The translations under genes were made by a program, and so were the position numbers. From assembly GCF_009914755.1 (NCBI RefSeq), contig NC_060942.1: a stretch of DNA of 64,000 bases, one strand, 5' to 3'. Positions within the stretch are counted from its first letter, which is position 1. Every line of letters begins with the position of its first letter. The DNA is from the human T2T-CHM13v2.0 reference genome, Homo sapiens. Shown here one piece after another: positions 33,614 through 47,550 of the stretch. The notes under the pieces are model-generated. The model ran no database searches and was not told the origin of the DNA. It saw nothing but the letters and a program-made list of their open reading frames with translations.

Positions 33614-33984
33614 TGTATTAGTCTGTTCTCAAGCTGCTAATAAAGACATATCCAAGACTGGGTAATTTATAAAGGAAAGAGGTTTAATTGACTCACAGTT
33701 CAGCATGGCTGGGGAGGCCTTAGGAAACTTACAATCATTGTGGAAGGGGAAGCAAACACATCCCCCTTCACATGGCGGCAGCAAGGAGAAGTGCAGAGCA
33801 AAAGGAGGAAAAGTGTCTTATAAAACCATCAGATCTTATGAGAACTCACTATCATGATAACAGGATGGGGGAAACCTCCCCCATGATTCAATTATCTCCA
33901 ACTGATCCCGCCCAGGACATGTGGGGATTACGGGAACTACAATTCAAGATGAGATTTAGGTGGGAACACAGCCAAACCATATCA
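33614..33984 (-). mobile_element. Solo THE1D-like MaLR LTR
   Basis: TG...CA termini (tgtattagtc...aaaccatatca), THE1 consensus, perfect 5-bp TSD gatga at 33609-33613 and 33985-33989. Confidence 0.93.
33884..33894 (-). promoter_or_regulatory. DUX4-type double-homeodomain motif TAATTGAATCA in the THE1 LTR
   Basis: + strand tgattcaatta fits TAAYYBAATCA; binding is not shown by sequence. Confidence 0.6.
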
Positions 33985-34018
33985 GATGATACACAAACCT
34001 TTATTTGATTAAGGGGCT

Positions 34019-34440
34019 TGTATTAGGGTCTAATCAGGAAAACAGAATTCGTTGTTCCTGTTTCAACAAAGACAACATAACATAGAAAAGGGAATTTGAT
34101 GCATAAAGATGATGATATGGTGCACAGATGAACAACATGAGGTTGCTCCCACTCTGAAGGCTACAGAGAGAAGGGAAGAGTCAGGCAGTGCCGCTGGACC
34201 CCCAGAGAGAAGGGAGAAGCAGGACAGGTCTCTCCAAGGGGGGAGATGGGGCTACAGAGGACATTCGGGCCACAGTCGAATTGCCACCTGACACAGAGGG
34301 ACAGGGAAAATCATCCTCTCACCTCCAATGCTCTCACTGGAAGAAATCCGCCAAAACCAGCCCAGAAAGAGCAGGAAGGAGTGAGTTCCTGATCGGCACA
34401 ATACAGAGTGGGCATATTTCATTGACAAAAGGCACATTGA
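34019..34440 (-). mobile_element. Possible ancient MLT-type LTR
   Basis: Begins tgtattagggtctaatcaggaaaacagaa; heavily diverged. Confidence 0.35.
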
Positions 34441-34894
34441 CCAAATATGTACAGCACCTCCATACTGGTCACAATGTGGTTCTGAAATATTTATACACAA
34501 AATGTTAGAAATAATTATATCTGTAGCTATAGTGCAAAATTTTAATAAACATTTCTCAAAAATCGGCATAGCAACCAGAGTAAGAGAAGGAAAAACATAA
34601 AGGCTTGAGTAACCTACTTTGTTTTAACAAATATATTCACAAAACTGTACATGCTAAACTGAATATCCCAAGTAGTCAATTATTCATGATCTATGTAAGC
34701 AAATTCAACATTTATTAAGCCATGAAAGAATTACTAAATTTCAAACAGTAGTAATCAAATCAATCACATTCACAGGTTATGATCTCCATGGAGAGTATAA
34801 AGAGAAGTTTGAAAACACCTTTTGAACTAATTCTTGAATTTTTAAAAAGTGAAAATTATAGTCTATTCAGGATTAAATAAAAATGATAGAATTC

Positions 34895-35204
34895 GGCTGG
34901 GTGCTGTGGCTCACGCCTGTAATCCCAGCACTTTGAGAGGCCAAGGCAGGCAGATTATCTGAGGTCAGGAGTTCAAGACCAGCCTGGCCAATATTGCGAA
35001 ACCCCATCTCTACTAAAAAATACAAAAATCAGCCGGGCATGGTGGTGGGTGCCTGTAATCCCAGCTATTTGGGAGGCTGAGGCAGGGAGAATTGCTGGAA
35101 CCCGGGAGGTAAAGGTTGGAGTGAGCCAAGATAGAACCACTGCACTCCAGCCTGGGTGACAGAGCAAGACTCTGTCTCACAAAAACAAAAACAAAAACAA
35201 AAAA
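34895..35204 (+). mobile_element. AluS element
   Basis: Full dimer with (CAAAAA)n tail; agaattc on both flanks. Confidence 0.93.
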
Positions 35205-35399
35205 TCACAGAGAATTCAAGTTATGAGCTCATAGAAGAAAATATAAGAAAATATTTACAACCTCAGGTACTAACATTGATAACATCAAATTCCTGTAATA
35301 GAAAACAGGAAATGCTGCAAATAAAATTACTGGTCATTCATTTCTAGATGTATTTCATAAAAGACACAAAAATAATCAATTATAAAAAGTAACATAGAG

Positions 35400-36385
35400 T
35401 CAAAGAAGATTTCAGTATAAAGTAATAAAATTTTAAAAAACAGCAGTATTGATCAAAAACTCATCTTTGAAACAAGAATAAACACTCATTAATTCTGATT
35501 AGAGAAAGTGAGAGAATGTATGAATAAATATTATAATAGTGAAACAAAGCCAGAACTAAAGATGCAAGAAACTTTCTCAAAGGAATAAAAAAGTTTTTAT
35601 TACAAAATAAAAAAAAAATCAAATCAATGGTTCCTTAGAAGAGTATATATTACAATTACCTTATATTTATATTTCTTACAAATTGAAAACTTAATTTTCA
35701 ATTTTTACAAGTTTCCCTTGAAAACTTGATAAATGCAACTTTTTTCCCCTGGTAAATTCTACCAAACCTTTAAGGAGTAAATATTTCCTATATTATTTGA
35801 ATTACTCTAAAACATATTGTCTTAGTTCACTAGGGCTGTCATAGCAAAATACCATAGACTGAGTGAGTTATACAACAGAAATTTACTTCTCAGTTTTATA
35901 AGCTGGGAAGTCTGAGATCAAAGTTCTAGCTGATGTGGTTTCTGGTGAGAGCTATCTTTCTGGCCTATAGATGGTCACCTACTTGTCCTCACATGACCTT
36001 TTCTCAATGGTCAACTGCAGAGAGAGACAGAGAGAACTGCTGTCTGGTCTCTCTTCATTTAAGGTTGCCAGTCTGCTTGGATCACAGCCCCACCCTTATG
36101 ACCTGATTAAACCTAATTACTTTCAAATACAGGCATACTGGGGATTAGGGTTTCAACAAGTAAATGTGTGGAGCAGGGTGACAGGACAAATATTCAGTCC
36201 ATGCATGCTTAAAAAGAACAGCACATTTTTTCAACTCATTCTATAAAAAATCTAACTTAGAAACATAAATGCAAAAATTATTCAATTAAATATTAGCAAA
36301 TTAACTCCAGTATTACAATAAAAGATTAATGCAAGTAGGATTTATCTCAGGAATAAAAGAATTGTTCAATATTAAGAAATGTGCA
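35400..36385 (+). mobile_element. Very old L1M ORF2 remnants flanking MLT1A
   Basis: ggtaaattctaccaaacctttaagga; taaatattagcaaa; gtaggatttatctcaggaat. Confidence 0.55.
35818..36205 (-). mobile_element. MLT1A/MLT1A0-like LTR
   Basis: tgtcttagttc...aaaataccatagactg...gctgggaagtctgagatcaa...attcagtccatgca. Confidence 0.8.
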
Positions 36386-37714
36386 ACTATAGACTGTGAT
36401 AAAATGATGCTTTACATTTTCCCAAAATAGAAAGCTTCTTAATCCTTATACAGTAACAGATACGTGTTTGTAGATACATGAGAGAAATAAAGGCTTTTCT
36501 TGACTGCTGAATACCGCATGCCTTTGAGTCTGCGCAGCTGTTTAAGGTGAGTGTCTTCGGTACTTGCTTTACTGTAAGGCTTTTGGGCCTTCGGTAGAGA
36601 CATTTCATTTCTGCTGACATTACCTGTGGGTAAATACTTTCATCTGTTATCAGCACTTGGCTGCTATTGTTCCTCTTAAATGCTTAAATTGCACTTATTA
36701 CGTATAGGTGATGAATTTAGTAGCTTGGCATATTAGTTATAAAGCAAGAAGCTGTAATTTCTAATAAAAGAAGTCAAAGGCCAACTAATTGCAGAATAAA
36801 TAACCTAGCAACAACTAAATTTATAGGGAATTTAATTGAGATTTCAAATTAAAATGGAACGTAATATTAAATAGAAAGTGTCACTTTCAAGGTGATTGGA
36901 ATTTTCCCTATATACAAAATATATTTTTCTATTAAAGATCAAGAATATTTATTTATTCTTTATCTCTGCAGGCGAGTCCCCAGTCCAGGCATTAGCCAGC
37001 TTCAGCCTGGATTACTTCAGGATCTTCCATACTACAAATCTACCACTCACTCATGCTTTTTATCACTGCGAAATGCTGCCTGCTTATTTTTTCTTTTGGG
37101 TATGTCATTCATTTTAAATCAATGACACTTTTCCTTGGGAAATCTTTTCTAAATCTACTTAGCACTTTTTCTTCACACAAACATTATTTTTCCAAAAATG
37201 GAATAATAACTTTAGTCTACAAAAAAAAATTAGTTTTTCTTCATTTTTCTCCTTTTCATCCAAAATAAAATGATTTTGGAAAACTAGAGATATCAAATGG
37301 AGAAACAATGTGTCAGTTATTTGCACAAGTCACAAAAGAATTGTGTATTTTGTTTAAAACAATTCAAAGAAAATCAACTTAAAGTTAAGCTGACCTGTGA
37401 ACCAATGATGGAAAGAGGCTTGGTAAAACTATTATCTCAATGATAGTGTACAATGAGGAGAGAGCCATTTAGAAACCTCATGTTAGAGGAAATATTAAAT
37501 ATAAATGGGATTCGACAGATTCATCCACACAACAGATCCTTATTAAGAGCTATGTTTTTGACACAGTGTTCTAGGAACATCAGGCAGAACACTGAACAAG
37601 ACAGACATAAATTTTGTTCTTGTGAAGAGGACAGTATACTAGGGGAAGAACAACATTTCACAAATTATTACAGGTAAATGGAGTATTTAAATAAAAATGT
37701 CATTGTTAGTAGGG

Positions 37715-37935
37715 GCAGCATATTATAGACAGACCTAATATTGTTGAAGAGTTCAAAGCATCTCAGCTTTGCAACCTAACCTGTAGGATTTGGGGTGAAT
37801 CATTTATATTTCCTGATGTTTATTTCCTTATCCATAATTGAGATGAATATCTTACAGTGTTCTGATGACATTTAAATGACATTACAATGTCAAATCACCT
37901 AACAGTACCTGATATGTGGTAATATTAATAGCTAA
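37715..37935 (+). mobile_element. MIR
   Basis: tttccttatccataattgagatgaat...cctaacagtacctgatatgtggtaaatatt. Confidence 0.5.
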
Positions 37936-38180
37936 AATTTGCTAAGTGAGCACTGTATACCTAGCAAAATTTTATGTATCCAATATCAAGCTCTCAAACA
38001 ACCTATGGGTTTAGGTTATGCTATTCTTTTTTCCCTTCCTCACAATTTATGAAGGAATAAACTGAGACACAGAGAGTTAAGTGGTTTTCCCAAATTCTCA
38101 GATGTAGTAGGCGGAGGGTCGAGGGTAGGCAGTCTGATTCCGAATCTAAGCTCAGAATCCTAATCTGTGTTGCAATAGCC
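37936..38180 (-). mobile_element. MIR
   Basis: aaactgagacacagagagttaagtggttttcccaa...ggcagtctgattcc. Confidence 0.7.
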
Positions 38181-38805
38181 CCAACTTTACCCAGGGAGCA
38201 GGAGAAGCTAAGCCTCACTCAAGGTCAACGTGAAGTCCTCAGTGGGAACCCAGGTGTCTGGTATCAAAACAGCACATTAATTTAGTTGCTTGTCCTAAAA
38301 AGATGCTCTGATACTGTATTGAACTTTAAAGTCTCTGATCCCTTAATGACTGTAAGTTGAGACAATCAGTTTATGAGTTTATCTGTCTGATTTGTTTTTG
38401 GAGGTGACTACTTCCTTGTTGATTGTCGTTATTGTAGTTCTAACTGTGAAAACAAGCATCTGTTTATGTTGTCGACATCTTTTAGTTCTGGGAGTGACGC
38501 TGGAGACATTGTTGAAATAACACAAAGGTAAATATTTCAGACCCAGGTGTTGTTTGTACCATCTGGAGAGGGTTATCCCCACCAGTCCTTCACTTGTGAA
38601 CAAGGGAAGAAAACCTGGCAACCTCCTTGCTTAGGAACATATGTTTTGGCCAGAGGATGTGAAAAGTTTAATGAGCAGAGAGAGAGCTTCTACGTGGGCA
38701 TCCTCTTACGGCAGAAGTGTTTGGACCCACAGAATTTGGACCAGGTTCTGAACACAGAGCAAAGGAACCAGGGGCCCTCGCTGCAGTGATGGAAAGGGTC
38801 TCTCT

Positions 38806-38965
38806 CTGTGCTGTCGAATACGGCAGCCACTCATGAGATGTGGCTGTTGAGCACCTGAAATATGGCCATAGTGATTAAGGAACTGATTTTTACAATTTGA
38901 TTTAATTGCATGACTTTAAATAGAACATGTGGCAAATGCTATCCATACTAGACAGCACAGGTCTA
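38806..38965 (+). mobile_element. MER3 (hAT-Charlie)
   Basis: gctgtcgaatacggcagccact...atgtggctgttgagcacctgaaatatggc. Confidence 0.75.
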
Positions 38966-40099
38966 GACAGCAGTTCCCATAATTTCAAACTTTTATGTGC
39001 TGGGGGATAAGAAAAAGGGATTGGGGAAGGACTCCCCAGCCCTGAGAACTGGCCCGGTATCTGGCCTGTTGGGTGATAGCAAGGCCAGAGGTTCTTAGGC
39101 ACGCTCAGTTCATCGCTTCCTTCCTGTTTGAGTTTGTTTGTTTGTTTGTTTTTGTTTTTTGTTTGTTTCTCATAGTGCTCCAGAAGCTGAAAGAAGCACA
39201 TAACCACTCCACATGTTAAGTAGTCAGGTCCAAACAATGTGATGGTTTTAACGGAATTCTCAGCAAGACATTGCTGATCTTGCCCCCAAAATTTAAATTA
39301 TGCCAAGGTGGTCTTGAGAATGTACTTTGGAGCCCAGAGATGCCTCTACACACCGTTTCGGAACCGTGAAGCCAGGCCATGGGTCTTCCTACTGAACACG
39401 AGCAATTTCACAGAATGTCAGCATCAGACAGGTCACTCCATGACTGTTGGAACAAAAATAAAACCTGGATACCAAGCTCCCACTGAGTAACCAAACATTT
39501 CTCCTTCCTGGCCAGTGTGAGCACTACCATTGATGACACCTCAAGACCTACTTCAGTGCTCCTTCCTCCTAAGTAAAAAGTGTTTAGAAAATTGTCATCA
39601 GCCGTGCTTTCTGGCAGCACCCAATTCCAAATTAAACCTCATTTCCTTAGAGTCTCCATTCCTTAATGTCTTATTTTCACCCCAAATCAGAAGCCCAAAC
39701 TGTATACAAGCCCACCCTAACACTCCCTTACTGAGACATCCCATGATTGTCTATGGCATGCAAGTTAATACACCTACATTTGTTTGACTACAGGTAAAAC
39801 ATAGTTGTGTTCCTGATGGTTTGTGGACACTGGGATTTATCGGGATGGACTGTAAAACTTCACATAGAATGACAGTTTATGCAAGAATCATGTTGTGTTT
39901 TACCAAAGGGATGATGGTTCCCTTTGTAACTTCACTTTTAGAGAGCTCTATCTGTCCCCGTGTAAACCAAGAACCATTGCTTCAGTCTTTTGCAACAGTC
40001 TAGTATAACAGTAGATTGAAAAAAAAAAGTTCACCTCTTTTATGTTTTCTGAAATAACAAACACTTTCTTAAATAAAATCATTGTTCAATTACCTCCTC

Positions 40100-40650
40100 C
40101 AGTCAGTTATTCTAAAAGTCTGTACATACAAACAGATGATGGCCAGATCACATACAAAAACAGAATCTAACCCACGATCTGCAGCAACTGTACTAGGGAA
40201 ACTACTCATTTCCTAGAGGAACCAACCCAGGAAGCCAGCCTACTACCTGTCAGTCAGGCCACACTAGCAACTTATCCAGGAAGCCAAATAAGACCCCCTG
40301 TAACATGGCCCCAAATGGCCATGACTTGATTAATAACTGACAGGTTCCCTAATTTTTGACCCTATTTTTAATGTAGGACCCACCAGGAAAAGTCAGATAC
40401 GTACTTTTAACCAATCACATAGGATTCCCCACCTCTACTCAGCCCACCAACAGCTTCCCCAGGCCAACAGCCTCCAATCACAGCACACCTGAAGCCTTCC
40501 CTGATTTCTGCTGTAAAACTTTCCACTCTTCTGCCTGCCTTTGAGTCTCTGCCAAAGCATAAATGATGGCGCTGACTCCCTTGCTATAGCAAACTCTGAA
40601 TAAATAGCCTTTGTCCATGCTCGTTTGGTTGCTCTTGGTTTATTTCCACA
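40100..40650 (+). mobile_element. ERV-type solo LTR (MER77/MER21-like; family uncertain)
   Basis: Repeated ccaggaagcca, CCAAT boxes, ctgaataaatagcc poly(A) signal, ends tttatttccaca. Confidence 0.65.
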
Positions 40651-40669
40651 ACTATATTTAAAATCCTAC

Positions 40670-40880
40670 TGCATATTTCTAAACTACCCTCAAGGAAGTT
40701 TGCACCAATTTATATACCCATTAATGTGCTTGAGATTTCTGTTTCCTCAAAGCCTCACTAAATCTTAGGTAATATCAATCTTTTTAATCTGGCTGATCTG
40801 TTAATAGGCAATGGCTCATGCTTTTATGTACATTTATTTGATTGCACAGATGTAAATCATCTATTCTTGTATTTGGCCTA
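40670..40880 (-). mobile_element. Old L1ME fragment
   Basis: tttgcaccaatttatataccca...ttctgtttcctc. Confidence 0.5.
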
Positions 40881-41959
40881 TTTTATGGGAAGGCAAGAAC
40901 GTTCAGTCCACCTTCTAACTCTATAATTACTATCTATAATTTCTACTGAATTCTTACCTATAATTTTCTACTGTATGTCCCAGAAGAAATTCTGCTGAGA
41001 GTTTTACTTCTTAAGAGTTATACCTAGAGCAGGAAATTCCCATCAAGAAAATGTGTAATGCTAGACCTAGGAAGTGGAAACCATGTCCATAAAAGAGATC
41101 TGAGTTGCAATCCTATGGAGCGTGTGAATGCCAAATCTGGATAGATCCAATGAACATCTTGGAACTGTAAGCAATGAAACAGGAATTCAGAGAAAGGAGA
41201 CAGGATGGAACAAATGCAAGAAGGAATTAATCAGGATTGGCTGGGTATGGCAGATTGTTAAGCAGTGCTTTGAATGATGTTTAAGTCTTGCTTCTTATCT
41301 TTATGGGCTACAGGACATCACTGCATGGTAAAGTGGGCAATTCTGAGTTTCAGTAACTTAAGTCTAATGCACATATGAGCTCCAATATGCACAGGTATCT
41401 ATGTAGAATCAGGTACTAAGAGTGCTTCAACACAGGACATGATGGAGAGTACAAAGAGGTTTCACTTCAAATCACACACTAGAGGAGGAGATACATTTTG
41501 ATTGTTTGTAAAACTATTACATTTTTAAGTTGGTTCTGATTTCACATTATGGTTTCAACTGATGAAAGGAAATTATCTTCTTGCAGATTCTGCTTATCTT
41601 TTGTGATCTGCACCGTTCTAACCTACATTCTCTGCTCGGTGTGTTTTGGAACGCTGTTTTGCACAGCTTCAGCTTGCTTACTTGCTTTGCATTCCTCTTT
41701 GAAGTGACCACAAAATCCTGCATCAAGGGTCTCTGCCAGCATCAACATTTTCTCTTCTCTGCTCTGTAGTGATGATGGACACTTTGCATGCTGGGGCTGA
41801 AGGAGGGACTGACTCCCTTCGGCAAGCCTGCTATGTCCTCTTCTCATTCCCCTTTCATTCTGCCACTGTTCTGGTAGTAGCAGTCCTCTTTAATCCTTTA
41901 AGATTGAATGGAGCTGGTCATTCCAGGACATAGTTCTAAATGCAAGGTGCCCTGGATAG

Positions 41960-42313
<354 letters not shown>

Positions 42314-43192
42314 GAATTACAGCTTTTACTCTTATGGATTTTCCCCCAGTTTTATCATGACAGCATTTTGAATCAGTATATATTTGTGTATCTGTATTTA
42401 CATTTGCGTACCTTCCCACACTGTTAGAAAAATTCACTGATCAAAGTTTTTTGGTGCCTGTATTAGCTCTGACCCTTTCAAGGGTGGATGCCCGTAAAGC
42501 ACTGCAAGAGTCATCATACATAAAAATGGGATGAGTCTTGCCCTTGAAACTGTGAGTGTGATATTCGCACCACCATCATCCCCTCCTCAAAAATTTAAAG
42601 GTCAGTGGATGCTTTTGACCAGCCAAATTTTTATTTTTGGGCTTCGGAGACTTCCAGCAAACGTCTCTAAGGAACAAAGGGGAATAAACTCAAACCCTTC
42701 TTCCCAGGGGGATTCTATGCCCTGTTGTTGATGTTATTGCCAACTTGTTAATAGATGGAAGTAAACTCTCCTTAGGGACTCTGAGTTTGCATGCTTGCCA
42801 ATCCAAAACCTGGACCAGCTTTTGGCACCTACCACACTCGCCTGGGGTTATGCAGCTACTAAAAGTTGAAACCACAAGCACACAATGACAAATCTTGCAA
42901 CTCTAAGCTTATTTGAAGGAATAATTCCCTGTCTCTTGGGTTTTCCTCCCCTCCTCCTCTTGGAGAATACCCTCAGGCTCTTTTAATGCCATATTTTTAT
43001 ATGTTATGAGTATATTCAAGGTCTTCTTTCTATAGAGCCAGACCCTTTTTCACAAGTAGAAAGTTAGAGTGAAACTGTTGCCTAAAGGAAGCAAACACAA
43101 CAGTAAATCTTAGATGTGTGAAATCCCAACAATGTGAAGCAGGGAAAGGAATAGATGCTGTATGTGCAGGTAACCCAGCAAAAGAAAAAAGT

Positions 43193-43604
<412 letters not shown>

Positions 43605-44356
43605 TTAACAAATCAATAAATTATGAGTAGGATTAATTAAACTGGCATCGTAATTAAGGCACAATATGTTACAGAGGCTTATGAACGCTTGAGTTTCACA
43701 GCAGACCTGTCAGTGGGATCCCGAATCATTTATTTGCTTCTTGTTCTTTCTAGACACAGGAGTCTTTTGCTTTACCATATCTAGAAGGTAGATAATTCAG
43801 TTAAGGCTGATGAGGCATTAACTGTCATTTTCATTAAGACATAACTAAATTTGGCTAATAAATCACTTTCAACATTATAATTTAAACAATGAGAACAAAA
43901 ACCAATATCTGCTTATTAAGAAATATCTATATATATCTATATATATAATTCATTTGGTGATTTATGACTGAGTTCCTTAGAGAGGTTTACAAATTCATCC
44001 ACTGTCCTTGAATCACAGAGTTTGCTTTTGGCTTTCTCATTTAGCTGAAAGGGACTGAAAAGCTCAACTGGCATTTAAGGGCCTAGGTGGTCACATTTTT
44101 CAACAGATTTGTAGGACAGTAAGTTATTGTACTTAAGGTCAATAGGACTTTATGCTCATCTAGAGCACTGTGAAACTGGAGATTTCAAGCTACACTGTAC
44201 AGAAAAGAAGCAGCTTTGTTTGGGAAGGGATCACAAGCTGGTTTCCTATGGGGATGGAGCACTGGCTGGTTTTCCTTGGATCAGAGCTGCGTTTGATGCA
44301 GCTGTAATGAAGAATACCTGACACCTCATTTAAAGTGATCGTATATCCATACTCTG

Positions 44357-44404
<48 letters not shown>

Positions 44405-44425
44405 GTGTGTGTATATATATATATA
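44357..44425. repeat. Compound (TA)n/(TG)n microsatellite
   Basis: Direct reading; sits at the L1 tail position. Confidence 0.95.
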
Positions 44426-45552
44426 GTTTAAGTTCTAGGGTGCCTGTGCACAACGTGCAGGTTTGTTACATAGGTATACCTGTGCCGTGTTTGTTTGCTG
44501 CACCTATCAACTTATCATTTACATTAGGTATTTCTCCTAATGCTATCCCTCTCCCAGTCCCCAAACCCCCCCGACAAGCCCCGGTGTGTGATGTTCCCCA
44601 CCCTGTGTCCAAGTATTCACATTCTTCAACTCCCACTTATGAGTGAGAACATGTGGTGTTTGGTTTTCTGTCCTTGTGATAGTTGGCTTAGAATGATGGT
44701 TTCCAGCTTCATCCATGTTCCTGCAAGGGACATGAACTCATCCTTTTTTAGGGCTGCATAGTATTCCATGGTGTATATGTGCCACATTTTCTTAATCCAG
44801 TCCATCACTGATGGACATTTGGGTTGGTTCCAAGTCTTTGCTATTGTAATTAGTGCCGCAGTAAACACACATGTGCATGTGTCTTTATAGTAGCATGATT
44901 TATGATCCTTTGGGTATATACCCAGTAATGGGATGGCTGGGTCAAATGGTATTTCTAGTTCTAGATCCCTGAGGAATCGCCACACTGTCTTCCACAATGG
45001 TTGAACATAATTGACACTCCAACCAACAGTGTAAAAGTGTTCCTATTTCTCCACATCCTCTCCAGCACCTGTTGTTTCCTGACTTTTTAATGATCACCAC
45101 TCTAACTGGCGTGAGATGGTATCTCATTGTGGTTTTGATTTGCATTTCTCTGATGGCCAGTGACGGTGAGCATTTTTTTCATGTGTCTGTTGGCTGAATA
45201 AATTTCTTCTTTTGAGAAGTGTCTGTTCATATTCTTTGTCCACTTTTTGATGGAGTTGTTTGTTTTTTTTCTTGTAAATTTAAGTTCTTTGTAGATTCTG
45301 GATATTAGCCCTTTGTCAGATGGGTAGATTGCAGATATTTTTTCCCATTCCATAGGTTGCCTATTCACTCTAATGATAGTTTCTTTTGCTGTGCAGAAGT
45401 TCTTTAGTTTAATTACATCCCATTTGTCTATTTTGGCTTTTGTTGCCATTGCTTTTGGTGTTTTAGTCATGAAGCCTTTGCCCGTGCCTATGTCCTAAAT
45501 GGTATTGCCTAGGTTTTCTTCTAGGGTTTTCATGGTGTTAGGTTTTACATTT
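44426..45552 (-). mobile_element. 5'-truncated L1PA (approx. L1PA6-PA7)
   Basis: 3'UTR plus frameshifted ORF2 C-terminus (ORFs 44626-44997, 44942-45145, 45102-45470). Confidence 0.95.
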
Positions 45553-45760
45553 TGCATGTCCTAGACATGCTGAATCTATTTTATTTTTACAATTGCAATA
45601 ACCATTCTTTCTATTTGCAATTTACTTTGTAGAAGTAAAGGTTCCTTGAATTTGGGAAATTTAACTTTGTTAAAATGTTCTGATGAGTTCTTAAAGAATT
45701 ATATAACTATTTTTGGAAATTAATTCAAAGAACATAGTGAATAATTAAGAATGTGGTTCA

Positions 45761-46024
45761 AGCCAGATGTGTGGCTCACATCTGTAATCCCAATGCTTTG
45801 GGAGGCCAAGGAAGGAGGATCATTTGAGGCCATGAGTTAGAGACCAAACTGGGCAAATAGCAAGACTCTCTCTCTACAAAAAATTCAAAAATAAATATCA
45901 GTCTCAGCTACTCAGAGGGCTGAGGCAGAAGGATTGCTTGAGCCCAGGGGTTTCAGGTTGCAGTGAGCTGTGATCAGGCCACTGCACTTCAGCCTGGGCA
46001 ACAGAGAGAGACCCTGTCTCAAAA

Positions 46025-46059
<35 letters not shown>

Positions 46060-46060
46060 A
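45761..46060 (+). mobile_element. AluJ element with internal deletion and (TAAA)n tail
   Basis: ggattgcttgagcccagg and gagaccctgtctc are J diagnostics; gtggttca at 45753-45760 and 46061-46068. Confidence 0.88.
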
Positions 46061-46929
46061 GTGGTTCATTCAACGTTCTAGAAATATCTCATAGATATAA
46101 GCAGAAAAATAGACTATCTCTGATATCAGAGATAAAAAATGATCAAAATAAATGTCACTTATACTTATTTGTGAGGAGGGAACTTCTATAATTTATTAAG
46201 AAACTAAATTACCTGAAAGAACTCCCTCAACAATGTTACTAAGACAGGCTGGTTAAAGAAAAACCTCACACACTGCCCAAAATAAGCCAAAAAATGATTC
46301 AGCAAGTTTAATGCCAAAGACTATAAATGATTTTACATAATTTAATGAAATTTAAATACAGTGAAAGGGTAAAGCTTTCTAACACAAATACCTATTTCAA
46401 CATTTGAAGCTACTGAGTGAGAAAAAAAATGCAATGACCTTGCTTAGACGTTTATCTTCATAAGATTTTTCTGCTCATTGAATGGGTGATTATTATGTAT
46501 GTATACTGTTAAGACAAATTCAACTTAGGAAAGTATTTGGTATTTTAGCATTTTCCTCAGTGCATATAAAGAAAAACTTTGGATATTAGACAAATCTCTG
46601 ATTTTCCCTGTTTTGAATATTATACATGGTCTATTCTCATCTCTTCCTTTTTCTTTCTCAATTTCTGCATACATTAAGAAAATGAGGTAATCAATGAACT
46701 GTATTCCTGTAAAATAATGATAGAATAAAATATAAAATTCCTGATAAAATAATGGACAAATTGCAAGGACATGAACTTCTGCCACTAGCCAGCTCTGCCG
46801 CTGAACTGCCCTTTGAAAAGAAATCAGGAAGAGAGAGAGATGGATGAGTTTTTCCATTATGGAACATAGAAAAATGTTATTTCAGTGTAGTAAAGACATA
46901 TATTTTACTACCAATTAACTACAAAACAA

Positions 46930-47550
46930 TCATGTTTTTATTGTTTAAAAACAATTTATTTACAGGTATGTAAATAAAAACAAGGTAAGAAAAAAGTCAC
47001 CCGTCATCCACCCTCCCAGAGAAAACCACTTCTGTATATAAAAATACAAAAATGCTGCCTGGGCTGTTTTATGTCTTATCTTTGTATTTAATAGTGTATC
47101 GTGAATATCCTGCCAAGTCAGAAAATGTATTTCTATCCCCACATTTTCATGGGCATATTGTACAACTGTGCCATGCTTCTTTAACCAGTCATCTGTTTGA
47201 TCATTTTCATTTTTGCCTAACATAAAAAGATTGCAGTGCTCTCCTTGTAGCTGCTTTGTTGTATAAACATCTTCAATTATTTCCTTGGGATAGTTTCCTA
47301 AAAGCAGAATTGCTGAGTCAAGGGGTATAGGTGTTTGATAAATATTGACAAATTGCTTTCACAAAGTTTGTGCAAACTTAGATGCCTACTAGCAGTACAA
47401 AAGATTCCCATTTCCCCACATCGTTCTTGACATTATTATTGTATTCTTATTAATCTGCACCATTTTGTGGACAAAATGTATCTGTTACATTTAATTCTTA
47501 TTTCTTAAAAGTAAGCTTGAACAATTGTATGTATGTATTAGGCATTTGTG
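46930..47550 (-). mobile_element. L1ME 3' fragment
   Basis: ttccttgggatagtttcctaaaagcagaattgctgagtcaagggg; ttcccatttccccacatc. Confidence 0.65.
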
